A stretch of 63,960 nt of DNA, counting the filler, from Octopus bimaculoides (lineage: Eukaryota), in the NCBI RefSeq assembly GCF_001194135.2. It is 5 parts of 4 records of this genome, joined end to end, with 100 filler letters (N's around TTAATTAATTAA, not from the genome) between each part and the next. Parts side by side here need not be neighbours in the genome. Positions count along the whole stretch, not along the records: positions 1 to 17,166 come from NC_068981.1; positions 17,267 to 30,200 come from NC_068981.1; 3 more parts are not named here. One strand, 5' to 3'. Both the position numbers and the translations under genes were made by a program. Position 1 is the first letter of the stretch. The number at the start of each line of letters is the position of its first letter. The notes beneath the pieces are model-generated. The model was given only the letters and a program-made list of their open reading frames with translations. It was not told the origin of the DNA and did no database searches. Shown here piece after piece: positions 11,546-23,699 of this stretch.

Positions 11546-13825
11546 TGTATATGTAGGAGACAAAAGGCTGTCTCTGTTTGCTCGCGACTACTTAACCACC
11601 TAACAAAATTAACAAAATCATAGTACATGCTGCCACGTCGTAACCGTTTGTCTGTTGCGGCTTTTTATTCTGGATCTATCATAAAATAAGTTATATCTTC
11701 CCTAATATTTCCCTTCATGCACTTCGTAGTTCTTGAAAGTCTCTTTTTCTTCTTTATATGTCAGTCGTCTTTTAGAATGTCACAGAGTTTGGATTATGAA
11801 ACTTTTGTCGTAAACTAAGATATAAAAGGAAATTTTATTTATTCTCTATTTCTAAGTGAACAGTCAGTATATTTTAGCAGACGATACTATTGATACATAA
11901 ACACTTCTATTTCAGCTATTGTTTAAAGTACAATGGCTGACATTTAGCTGATATATATATATATATATATATATCGATCGATAGCATAAGTTTATATGAA
12001 CGTTTTTCTTTCAAATCATATCCTCAAAAATATTGATTTCTCATCAATAACCCAATGTTTTGACAAGTAAGTTATTCTCTATTGAGTCGCTGCCATTGTA
12101 TTACTGGTGCTTCACTCACTTTATATATTCTGCTACGAAGACTCCCGCAGAATGTAGGTCTGAAACAAATAATAGTCTATGTTTGTAGATGCATGTGGTC
12201 CATTTTACCATTTCTACCAATAAACCGCTTTGAAAAACTGCACAAAAGAAATGCTGCATGAATATTTTATATGTCTGTATATTTCGACATAGCCGTGTTT
12301 GTTTAAAACAAATAGATATGCTGCAAATTTATGTAGCCTCAAGACCACAACCGTCAGTTTTCATATTATTATTACAGACAAATAAAAAAACAACACAAAG
12401 AAAATAATTCTGTAAAGACAAAGTTGTAATTCTTTATGTAACATTAAATATTAAATATTAAATATTTTATTTTGTTGTGAAGCAAAATACATTTAGCGCT
12501 TATTTCAGTTTTAGTAATATGATGAATGATTTCACATTATAAATTCTTAAATAAATTGAAAATCATTTACGTGGGGTTTTGCCTTCTAAAAATGCCCTAA
12601 AGAAAGGAAATACTGAAATATTCACGCATTTCCCCTCAACGGAATAACTGTCGAATAAAGGAAAGAAACGTGTGTCAAATGAGAATTGAAAGAATTTTAC
12701 GTTCTGAAACGTTCAGATGTTTACTTCTTATAAAAAGTAAGAAGGCTTGTTAATAAAAAAAAAAAACAGATATCGAGAGAACACGTGGTGCGCTGGTGGG
12801 CGTGGGGGAGTAGGGATAAACATTTCTAGATAAAACTAGCTGGGATTAGAAGATCGAAATATAAATCGAACACAGAGGAAAAAGGTGAATAGAATATATA
12901 TATATATATATATATATANNNNNNNNNNNNNNNNNNNNNNNNNNNNNNNNNNNNNNNNNNNNNNNNNNNNNNNNNNNNNNNNNNNNNNNNNNNNNNNNNN
13001 NNNNNNNNNNNNNNNNNNNNNNNNNNNNNNNNNNNNNNNNNNNNNNNNNNNNNNNNNNNNNNNNNNNNNNNNNNNNNNNNNNNNNNNNNNNNNNNNNNNN
13101 NNNNNNNNNNNNNNNNNNNNNNNNNNNNNNNNNNNNNNNACATACATATACTTTATTAAAAGGCAGCAAAAATATAAAAATATCTCAAAAACTGTTACTC
13201 AGAATTTCACGTTCCCGTTCGTCGGACAGTTTTGTTTAGAATGGAACAAAAATAAGGTTATAAGCAAACATATACAATTAATTTAATGAATACATATTTG
13301 AAAGGGTTTTGTTTCATTGGTCCTTTCAACTAACGGTCTTTACAATGACCGGTTGCATGCAATGAACAAAATTCAACATAAAGTCATCTTATTATAAAAT
13401 CGAAGAAAACCTTAAATCAAAAATAGTTTATAAAGAAGGACAGAGTCCAAATACCCAGGGTAAATAATTATTTGCAAAAGATTAATCAATTAATATATTA
13501 AAAGTTACATCCATTAAAAAAAATTTTCACGTTGGATTACATTTACATTTGGCGGTATATGCACACACCAAACTATCTAGAATAAACATATATACACTAA
13601 AACGTAGAGATGCATGTACATAGCTACATACATATACAGACATATATAGGCAAAACATAAATATATATACAAATGTACATATATATATATATATATGCAC
13701 ACACACATGCACGCGCATAAAATCTCCTGGCGTATGCTTATACAAGTTGGTTGTTACAGGCGAAAGAAAGAGAAGGAAAAATCAGAAAATATTAAGTATG
13801 GGGAGAAGGAAAAAAACGGTGGAGA

Positions 13826-14258
13826 AGACTTATTCTTTGTAAGCCTAGTACTTATTTTATCGTTCACTTTTGCCGAACCGCTAGGTTACGGAGACGTAAA
13901 CACACCACCATTTGTTGTCGAGCGATGCTGGGGAGCAAGCACAGACACACAAACCTATACACACACACACACATACATACATACATATATATATATACAT
14001 GCACACACATAAGATCGNNNNNNNNNNNNNNNNNNNNNNNNNNNNNNNNNNNNNNNNNNNNNNNNNNNNNNNNNNNNNNNNNNNNNNNNNNNNNNNNNNN
14101 NNNNNNNNNNNNNNNNNNNNNNNNNNNNNNNNNNNNNNNNNNNNNNNNNNNNNNNNNNNNNNNNNNNNNNNNNNNNNNNNNNNNNNNNNNNNNNNNNNNN
14201 NNNNNNNNNNNNNNNNNNNNNNNNNNNNNNNNNNNNNNNNNNNNNNNNNNNNNNNNNN

Positions 14259-14289
<31 letters not shown>

Positions 14290-14452
14290 TACGACGGGCT
14301 TTCTGTTTCCATCTACCAAATCTACTCACAAGGCTTTGGTCGGCCCGATGCTATAGTAGAATACACTTGCCCAAGGTGCCACGCAGTGGGACTGAACCCG
14401 GAACCATGTAGTTCGTAAGCAAGCTACTCACTACACAGCCACTCCTACGCCT
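13826..14452 (-). mobile_element. SINE family B, complete head and tail with gap in spacer
   Basis: Tail 13826-13945; head 14290-14452 (reverse complement of ggagtggctgtgtagtgagtagcttgct..ggttccgggttcagtcc). Confidence 0.9.
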
Positions 14453-14459
14453 ATATGAA

Positions 14460-15300
14460 GACAGTTTTTAAAAACTGTTCGGTGTGTATAATATCAAAAC
14501 GTAAAATAAGGAAATTATACATTAATTTGATGTAGCATAATTAAAAACGTTAAATAAAAATAAAAATAAACCTCGGCCAAGTTTAAGCTTGAAATTAAAT
14601 TTATAAAACAGTTGAAAGCTTTCTTAAAAATGAAGTCGCAATATACATTAACGTTGCGATGCAAAATAACTACACCGTGTAGTCAAATTCAAATGCGACA
14701 GTCAAAAAATATATTTTCCTCATACGGTATTTTGTCGGTTGACATTTTAAATTTTGTGGCGTGCCTGCAGGAATTTAACAGCTCGCGTCTCTGGTTCAAA
14801 GCGTTTTTATCCTGGAACAAGATGAAGAACTACTCTGAGGAGCAAAGATTACATTTCATAGGTCCTTTACCAGCCCCATGTCTGTATGCTGATGCTTTTT
14901 TCTAGAATTTTCCAGGTTATATTGAAAAGACGTGTGTCAGTCTCATTTAATTCCCAGACATGTTTGTGAAACTAGTCGCTGTCCTGTTCTCGGAGTATCG
15001 GAAAGAATTTCTGTGGGAATAGAATCGAGTCTCGAATGAATTCTCTGAAGCCCCTGCATATTTTTCATATTCTTGCGAACCTTCTACTTGCACTTTGGAT
15101 CTATAAACAATACCTTTTTCAAGACATTTGCCTTCCAACGGACAGCAAGTCTTATCTTTGCAGTTGCAGGTCCTCAGATTAGATTCGGCACTGTAGTTGT
15201 CTGTAATAATGTTTGTGTTATGCTGGCTAATAAAAGAGGCGAAGTTTTTGCAACAAGAATAGCTAACTTTCAGCGTTCTCCTACTAAATACTGAGGAAGG
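14460..15300 (-). mobile_element. Penelope-like element: GIY-YIG endonuclease + 3' UTR, degenerate
   Basis: VFSRRTLKVSYSC..CNCKDKTCCPLEGKCLEKGIVY..YAGASENSFETRFYSHRNSF..(frameshift) KHVWEL..ITWKILEKA..CNLCSSE..LNQRRELLNSCRH is the typical PLE linker/EN signature. Confidence 0.93.
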
Positions 15301-15369
15301 GTGTTCAGTAGAATCAGGCTTATATTTGGTCAGATTTGATGATCTTGTACTTTCTTGTAAATCTGATTC

Positions 15370-15755
15370 TTTACTTAAAGCTCTATGTCACCATCGATAA
15401 CTCGGAAATAGATTTTGTCCTGCATGCAAGGAAATCCCTTCTTTTTTATGGAGATTCTACCTGGGTGAAAAAAAGTGAGGATTCTCTTTTCGATGTACCG
15501 ATGGGGCCATATGATGGGGTGGAGTTATGTGTGCTTATAGGAGCTTATATTTTGCATAATCTGCATCTAGAATTCCCTTTTATAGATGCAGGATTATACA
15601 GGGATGGTGGTCATTTAGTCTCCCATAGTTTAAACGGCCATGAGTTAGATAAACGTAGGACGAATCTGATTACTTTCTTTCAAAGAATGAGCTTACTGAT
15701 TAAGATAGAAAGTAACGTTAAAATTGTAGATTTTATAAATAGCAACTTAGATTAT
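15370..15755 (+). mobile_element. Penelope-like reverse transcriptase fragment
   Basis: HARKSLLF..TWVKK..FDVPMGPYDGVELCVLIGAYIL..GLYRDGG..IKIESNVKIVDF matches PLE RT (MGSYDGAE.CEL.G / GLYRDDG; catalytic DD mutated to DG). Confidence 0.93.
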
Positions 15756-16204
15756 AACAGCGGTTGTCAAGTGATGGTGGNNNNNNNNNNNNNNNNNNNN
15801 NNNNNNNNNNNNNNNNNNNNNNNNNNNNNNNNNNNNNNNNNNNNNNNNNNNNNNNNNNNNNNNNNNNNNNNNNNNNNNNNNNNNNNNNNNNNNNNNNNNN
15901 NNNNNNNNNNNNNNNNNNNNNNNNNNNNNNNNNNNNNNNNNNNNNNNNNNNNNNNNNNNNNNNNNNNNNNNNNNNNNNNNNNNNNNNNNNNNNNNNNNNN
16001 NNNNNNNNNNNNNNNNNNNNNNNNNNNNNNNNNNNNNNNNNNNNNNNNNNNNNNNNNNNNNNNNNNNNNNNNNNNNNNNNNNNNNNNNNNNNNNNNNNTG
16101 TTTAATGATATTGGACATCTTCCTCTTCTTTTACTTTTCTTTCCACTTCTCTTCTTTGTTTGAGTCGCTTTACTTGACATCTTCCACTTTCTTAATTCTT
16201 TATT

Positions 16205-16425
16205 GCTCACAAGGGGCTAAACACAGAGAGGACAAACGAGGACAGACAAAGGGATTAAGTCGATTACATGGACCCCTGTGCGTAACTGGTACTTAATTTA
16301 TCGACGCCGAAAGGATGAAAGACAAAGTCGACTTCGGTGGAATTTGAACTCAGACCGTAACGGCAGACGAAATACCGCTAAGCATTTCGCCCGGTTTGCT
16401 AACGTTTCTGCCAGCTCACCGCCTT
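16205..16425 (-). mobile_element. SINE family A, long-tail variant
   Basis: Reverse complement of ggcggtgagctggcagaaacgttag..gagttcaaattcc..; tail gacaaagggattaagtcgattac also seen at 33410-33480 and 47400-47480. Confidence 0.9.
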
Positions 16426-17210
16426 CCACTTTCTACATATCTGTCTTTGTCACAAACAAACTCTGACTGACTGACTCACTCACTCACTCACTGACTGACT
16501 GACTCACTGACTCACTGACTGACTCACTAACTGACTCACTCACTCACACAAACACTCACTCACCATCACTATCTCGACCCTATTCTCAATCATTCTAAAA
16601 TATTTATCAAGACATCTATAAGTATCGATCTATTCATCAGGCCAACTTCAATATTATTATATTTCATTGTCACGCAAGCAATACATTTTTTTTTTCTTTT
16701 TCAATTTACCAAATGGAAAATCTAACGATGTTTCAGTGAATTCTTTTATTTGTTTAAATATCTTAAACGACACTAAAAGTACTTGTCACCTATATTCCAA
16801 AACAGAAACGAAATGTCGTCAATACAATGCGACACTGATTTCGAAAACAATTTCCAATAATTACAGCGAAGTGAGATAAAGGGAAGTAACACAAGTGGGC
16901 CGATGCTATGGATCAACGTACTTCAGGTAGAAGGTGATGTAGGCAATATATACATACACACACATACATATACACATGTGTGCGTGGGTCTGCGTGTGCG
17001 CTTGTGTGTGTTTGGGGGGGGGGAGTATGTGTGTATACATACATACGTGCATAACGAAAACACCGGGCGATCCAAAATGCCAGGACCTTCGTAAATACTC
17101 AATGCTTGACTATATTCTTCTGAAGATAGACCTTTACATCATATACAATAAATATATATATATATANNNNNNNNNNNNNNNNNNNNNNNNNNNNNNNNNN
17201 NNNNNNNNNN

Positions 17211-17222
17211 TTAATTAATTAA
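17211..17222. other. Synthetic scaffold linker TTAATTAATTAA centred in 44N+44N
   Basis: Identical 100-bp structure occurs four times; palindromic, with stop codons in all six frames. Confidence 0.9.
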
Positions 17223-17319
17223 NNNNNNNNNNNNNNNNNNNNNNNNNNNNNNNNNNNNNNNNNNNNCGGGAATAGATAGAACAGATAGACCAAGGGAAAG
17301 ACAAAGGCCAATACATCTT

Positions 17320-17465
17320 GGCACCAGTGACGTCGCAACTCATTTCTACAGCATGAAATAAAGTGTCTTGCTCAAGAACACAACACGCAGCCCGGTCCGG
17401 GATTCGAACTCACAACCTCACGGTCGTAAGTTCGACGCTCTTACCACTGAGCCATGCGCCTTCAC
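17320..17465 (-). mobile_element. tRNA-derived SINE 'family C'
   Basis: Reverse complement ggcgcatggctcagtggtaagagcgtcg..gagttcgaatccc has clear A and B boxes, then a non-tRNA body (gtgttcttgagcaagacacttt). Confidence 0.85.
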
Positions 17466-18469
17466 ACCACATACATACACACAAAAAAATCAATGTAACT
17501 TTCAGGGCATAAAGTATTAATATCAGATTTAGTTCGGGGCAAACAAACAGTTCCAAGTAGAGATGGCATAGAAAGTTAACGTTGGCTGTTGCTAATAAAC
17601 ACTCAGTTGCTAATAAACAATATGTTGCTAACAGAACCGACTCTGTGTTATTGCTAAATAAACTTATATAATGTTGGGTCATGGTATGGGGAAATATTGA
17701 GATGGTGAAGTAGGAGAGTTGTATTTGTATTTCTTGTATTGACGTGTCCGCTGAAGAAGAGTCATTGTCCATCGCTGATAGAGATTACGGTTAAACGTCA
17801 GGAAATGGGACCTATTTTAGTTACTGTTGTTATTTTTTTAGCCCCAAAGACATCCCTAATTCAGAAAATTTGTAATAAAAGGTGTTCTAACCATGACCAC
17901 CACGCTTTTTATTTTCTTTTTTTTATTTTCTTTTTTTTATTTTCTTTTTTTTCTTTTCAGGTATCATGCACCATCTTTTCTCAAGGCGACCAAATTTGCC
18001 ACCCGTTCTTCCAAGATGAATAAATAAAGAACCACAGACGTGCTGGGCATCAAACTGGCCCTAGTCGTTAAAACATTAGATAGAATGGCTTGGTTTATTT
18101 CTTCTGACTCCCCAAGTTCAAATCCCGCTGAAGTTAGCTTTACCTTTTATCTTTTTTTGAGATCAACAATAAAAAAAAAAAACCTACAAAACTACCAAAC
18201 CTGGGCGCTGGGTTGGTTGAACTGAGTTATAGAGATACCTTGCAAGTACCTTTTGCAGGTCTTTGTTTTCGGATTACAACACCAACAACGACACTAGTAC
18301 CCAGCTGTATTAATCTTAAGGCAGCTGCCTTTCCCTTACATAAACATTGAAAGCGTGGAGAAGGGATTTCCACGGACAATTACCAGGCTTCCTTAGTAAA
18401 TCCTGCCCAAACCTGCTCAAGTGTAAATGATCGGCAGATGCTCTCTCTCTCTCTCTCTCNNNNNNNNNN

Positions 18470-18504
<35 letters not shown>

Positions 18505-18739
18505 TCAGGTGCTGGGATCGATTCTACTTGCATTCTTTTTTCTGTTTCTTCCCTTCTTCTTTCCCTCTCCTCCCCTCCCCCCCCATTTTCTTTCTCTCAC
18601 TCATTCAGAACCCGTTACTCTGCACTCTGAAGAAGACGGGAAGTAGCAATTACAGTTTCCCTTACCCCAGCACTCCCCTCAAAAAAATAAGCAAAACAAA
18701 AAAAAAAACTGTCCATAGTAATCAAAGAACATGACGGAA

Positions 18740-19050
18740 ATTGATAGACCAAACCAATGTACAAAAAGGCGAGAGTGGACAGACCAACGTGGATAGACCA
18801 AAATGCTGTACAAATAAACGGTGGGAGGAAATAGACCGATATGCTGTAGAACATTCCAGAAATGGATAGACCAACGTAGATAGACCAAACTGTTGAACAA
18901 ATAAATGGTAGGTGTAAATAGACCGATGTGCTGTAGAACATGCTAGGAATGGATAGACCAACGTGGATAGACGAAACTACTGTACAAATAAATGGTGGGA
19001 ACAGATAGACCGATGTGCTGTACAACATGGTAGGAAATGGATAGACCAAC
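18740..19050. repeat. ~87-bp degenerate tandem repeat (about 3.5 units) with internal atagacc subrepeats
   Basis: (a/g)tgga(c/t)agaccaacgt recurs at 18775, 18862, 18949, 19037. Confidence 0.9.
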
Positions 19051-19344
19051 GTGCGGTGCAACAAGGGACGCTTAATAAAAAATAGAAGTTGTGATTTATC
19101 GGAAATTTGTCAGGTATTTATTTCTATCTAGTCGCGGGACACTTAGAGGTCCTCTTTATGGTTTGTACGGATTGGTGTCGATTAGTATGGATAAATATTG
19201 AGCTTGAAAAATGTAGGGATCAACTGTATTGAGTGAACACAAGGGACGGAGAACAAGAAATTCTTCAAGAGAGAGTAACGTAAGTTCAGAGAAATTAAGA
19301 AACACTTGTTAGTTATCATTTTATTTGTTTATCACGTTTATATG

Positions 19345-19485
19345 GCTAATAAACATTGTGTCACGCAGAATCTCCCTGAGAATATGTTAAGCGTGCACGT
19401 GTCTGTAGAAGGGTACACGTTAATTTCACGTGCAGACTGTTCCGTTGATCGGATCAATTGGAGTCCTCGTCGTAACCGACGGAGG
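19345..19485 (-). mobile_element. Interspersed repeat 'family D' fragment
   Basis: Reverse complement matches 48545-48670 (ttgatccgatca.cggaacag.ctgc..gtgaaattaacgtg). Confidence 0.8.
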
Positions 19486-19679
19486 GCCAGTTATTTATTT
19501 GCTAGCGAGACAGTACTTTAGCTGACTGAAAATTGTCCCTTAATCTTAACCTTTAAAGAGTCGTCGTATCTGATGGAAACTGTTACATGATATTCGAAAG
19601 ACGAACAGTGCCAGAGTTCTGCCATGACAATTGATACAATGTCAAAAAAGTTAAATTCACCTAATGTTACTGCTCTCTT

Positions 19680-19890
19680 TTACTCTCTTTTACTTGTTTC
19701 AGTCATTTGACTGCGGCCATGCTGGAGTACCGCCTTTAGTCGAGCAAATCGACCACAGGACTTATTATTTGCAAGCCTAGTACTTATTATATCGGTCTCT
19801 TTTTGCCGAACCGCTAGTTTACGGGGACGTAAACACACCAGCATCGGTTGTCAAGCGATGGTGGGGGGACAAACACAGACACACAAACAC

Positions 19891-19945
<55 letters not shown>

Positions 19946-20210
19946 GAGAATGTACGAAAAAAACAACAACAGACGAGGACAGGTGGTGTAAACAACAAAA
20001 GGATGTATTAGTATGACGCTCGGGAATACGGAAAGTCTTTAACGTTTCGAGCTACGCTCTTCAACAGAAAGAATACGGAGATACATATATACGACGGGCT
20101 TCTTTCAGTTTCCGTCTACCAAATCCACTCACAAGGCTTTGATCGGCCCGAGGCTATAGTAGAAGACACTTGCCCAAGGTGCCACGCAGTGGGACTGAAT
20201 CCGGAACCAT
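19680..20210 (-). mobile_element. SINE family B carrying an inserted hammerhead-like module (19944-20081)
   Basis: Tail 19680-19890, then (TA)n, module, and head 20090-20210. Confidence 0.9.
20036..20072 (-). ncRNA. Minimal type-I hammerhead-ribozyme-like motif (PLE type, variant core)
   Basis: Minus strand: UCUUU-CUGUUGAA-GAGC(GUA)GCUC-GAAA-CGUU-AAAGA. Stem I 5 bp, stem II 4 bp, palindromic AACGUU stem III; core has U instead of conserved A6. Confidence 0.45.
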
Positions 20211-20419
20211 GTGGTTGGTAAGCAAGCTACTTACCACACAGCCACTCCTGCTGTTAATATAAATACAGAGAATCAGTAAAACGCCGGGAAAAATTTCTTG
20301 TGACGTGTGATACATCTCTGTTCTTAATCTAAATCCTCCCGACCACGGGAAAATAACTTCTGGAGTCATTTCCAAATGAGTACCTCTTTTTTCAGATGTG
20401 TAACCCAATTGATTGGCAA

Positions 20420-21100
20420 AATCGATTGGCAAAATCGTTAGAGACGTTGACAAAACGTTTTATGTGATTTGTTCCAACTTCAAATTTCGTCGAAGTTAGC
20501 TTTTCTGTTTTTCTAATTTCTGTCTTCGATTTATTCAGGTAACCATGCCTCATTAATTTGCCGGCCTTGTACCCGAATTAGAAATTATTATAATAGAATC
20601 TCTTGATCACCGGAATAAATTCTTTGCTGTATGTGTAAGACTCTTTATATATCTACCAGTAAGGCCATTTCCATAGTGTTCTTTTATCAAATGTGTATGC
20701 AATCACTGTTATAGAAGGTTGGCAGAATCATTAAAACGTCGGTTAATATGTCTGGTTGTAACTGATACGGCACTTTACGTTCTAGGTTTAAATTCTGTCG
20801 AGATCATTCTTGCCTTTCATCCCTCCAGAATTGATATAATTAAGTACCAGTCAATTATTTGGGTTAATTTTAATCCACTGTCCCTTTTATTCTCCCCAAA
20901 GTTTCTGACCTTGTGAGTATATAAGAATTCAATATCATAATTCTTACATATTCTGCTGAGGCCGACTTTATCTTTCGTTCTTTCGGGGTCGATCAAATAA
21001 GTACCAATTGAGCACTGGTGGTCGATGTACTCGACTTACTCCCTCCCCGAACTTATTGGCCTGGTGCCAAAGTTTGAAATCAATATTATAATTCTTACAA
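20420..21100 (+). mobile_element. Cluster of about three degenerate SINE family A copies
   Basis: ttggcaaaatcgttag / ttggcagaatcatta / gaggccgacttt..gatcaaataagtacc motifs. Confidence 0.75.
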
Positions 21101-21212
21101 TGATTAATGGAATATTTTATCATTTTGGTTTTGCTTTTTAACAAAACACACGACTAAAAAGCGACAACTCTTTGAAATTAAAGGCGAAACCATTATAAAA
21201 TAGCCTGGAGTT

Positions 21213-21360
21213 GTGAAGGCGCGTGGCCCATTGCTTAGAAATATTCTGATTATGATCTTAAGGTCGCAGGTTCAATTCCTAAATTTGGCGGCGCGATGTG
21301 TCCTTGAGCAAGGCACTTCATTTTGTGCTGTTGTAGTCTACTCAGCTGTAGCAAGTACTG
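21213..21360 (+). mobile_element. SINE family C, degenerate
   Basis: gtgaaggcgcgtggc..ggttcaattcc..gtgtccttgagcaaggcactt. Confidence 0.75.
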
Positions 21361-23699
21361 GTGCTGGTGTAATCATTTCTTCCTTCAGCTAGGTGTCACG
21401 ACCTCACACACTGGGTGTCACGCTGGGTCGAGGGAGCCCGAGAGAGTGTCTATGCACGCGACTACAAAGGCATCAAAATCAATTAGAGAAAGTATCATGC
21501 TTGTTGTCAAGTCATATTCACTTGCAAGTGACGACTGGTTGTACCGAACAGTAGAGTTGTTATTGTTACTGTTGATTAACCCCAGATTGAACCTGATCTA
21601 TTATTAAAGATGTTCTGATATTGCTTTCTTAATCTCTTTATTTCCTCATAAACATAAATTATCTTTGACAACATCGGACCGTGCATTCTTCATTTTTGAG
21701 GTCGTTGGGAATGATTCAAGGAAATTTGACTGTTATCTCTAGCAAGTCGCGTGACGACGAAAAGGCACCTTCGTTGACTCCTGTACAATTATTGTGTAGG
21801 TAAAACAAACTTACGGCTAAACAGACTCTTACATGTCCTGCAGTATTTGATTAAAATCTTTAGTTAAAACAGAAATGCAGATGGTGTTAGGATTAAAATG
21901 ACTATTTTATTAAAACTCAGTTGTATTTATTGAAATGTAGACAAATTCATTGTTAAAGTCAATAGCACAGGTGTGTGAAACGACCTCTGTTGATTCATTG
22001 TTTGATACAGGTGTTACAAAGACAATAGTAAACATTAGTGGCACAGATATTAAACACACATAATTTGTGGTGAGTATATATATACTAAGGAGAGTGTGTA
22101 AAGGTATTGCTAAGGATTAATAAAGAGTTTATGATCAGGCATTCAAGAATACAATGTGTTACACTACAAAATCTTTACGTATAACTATTTCATAGAAATT
22201 CGTTTCATCCAAAATGATCCTTAAGGTAGGTTTAAAAGAAAATTCTTGAATCACGAAAGGATTTCCATTGACTATTAAGTACTGTATGGACATCACCTAA
22301 AAACTATAGTGTATTTTGAACAAGTCAGTTTGCTGATGGTAAAGTTATCAGCCTTATGGTTAAAGGTATTAGGTTCATGATCGTTAGGTTGATGGTTCGA
22401 TTCTCGGACCGGTCAGTCCGAACACTTCATTTCATGTTGTTCCGCTACACTTAGCAGAAAACAAGTTCCAGTAGCAACCGGCGCTTTAATGATTCTACCA
22501 ACCTTTTATAATAGTAATTCTTGCACACATTCAGTAAAAGAACACTTTGGAAATGGCCTCACTGATAGATATATTCTGGTATCTTAATTCAAAAGAGAAA
22601 CAAACTTACAAGTATACCAAAAAATTTATTTCGGCAATCAAGAGATTCTATTACCATAACAATTTCTAATTCAGACACGAGGCCGGCAAATTAATGAGGC
22701 ATGGTTACTTGATTAAATCGAAAACAGTTTTGAAACAGTAACCATTTCATTTCAAAGCGGCTCAGAAGCGGCTGGTTGGGGCATTGATCAGACAGTTCAG
22801 TCTTCCAATCAAGTCACTGATTCAGTTTCCATCGTCACAATTACAGACAGAATCACGGAGTTCCATCATGATCCTGAAAACGCTACTCTCTCTACGGTCA
22901 ACTACGGTCAACACAACGCTGCAACCAAGACGTTGGATCGATCGAATCGGGAAGCACGTGGTTCCATTTCAAGTTGACCCACGGAGGTAGACTCACAGTG
23001 AATATACTAAATGCGGATTTTTCAGGAAGTCAGAGCTGTGTAAATTTGAATTGTTAATGTTTTGGATTGATCATTCCTTACTTACTATTTCACTAGAAGT
23101 CAAACATTATATATAAAAAAAAAAGAATGAGTTAACCCAAACAAAGGCAAAGTTGACATCGGTGGAATTTGAAGTATGGCGATAGACTGGCATCCTTTGC
23201 AGTGGGGAAGTCTTGTATTCTCAGCGTAACCTCCTTGAGAACCCGGATAGTCTCCGGCCTCATGAGGCTGTAGATTCGAGGCAGGCAAAGAAAGAATATG
23301 ATGCTAATTAGTTCCTTCATTTCATAAGATATACTACAGTTCAGAGGTTTCCAAAAGATTTTTGTTGTTGTTGTTTGCGGCACACTTTAAAGCAAATAAA
23401 AAAAAATGATCACCCTTTCTTCATTTTGGTTTATCTTTTATATTTCACTGGTTTCAATCACCAAACTATGGCCATGCTGGTGCACAGTCTTGAAGAATTC
23501 TAGTCGAACGAATTGACTTCAATTTTTTTTTTCAGCTTGGTACTTATTCTATCAATTTCTTTTGCTGAACCGCTAAGTGACGGGGGCGTAAACACACCAA
23601 CACCAGTTGTGATGATCAGGACAACATACACCCTAACAATTTTATCCAACGTTGGAATATTCTAGACTAATTATCAGTTCATTTTAGGCTTCTCGCTTT

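Noticed and set aside
17380-17465. tRNA gene (also 41808-41850)
   Set aside because: A/B boxes are present but there is no acceptor stem or terminator and the sequence runs into a SINE body.
17747-17803. CTGAAGAA...AAACGTC hammerhead-like remnant
   Set aside because: G12 missing and stem II does not form; possibly an old PLE end but unsupported.
17961-18030. Very strong + acceptor followed by short ORF and AATAAA
   Set aside because: A poly-T tract suffices to explain it; no upstream exons.
18775-19050. Reflectin-like MDR repeats
   Set aside because: All + frames contain stops and there is no MD(X)5MD(X)5MD/Tyr-rich pattern.
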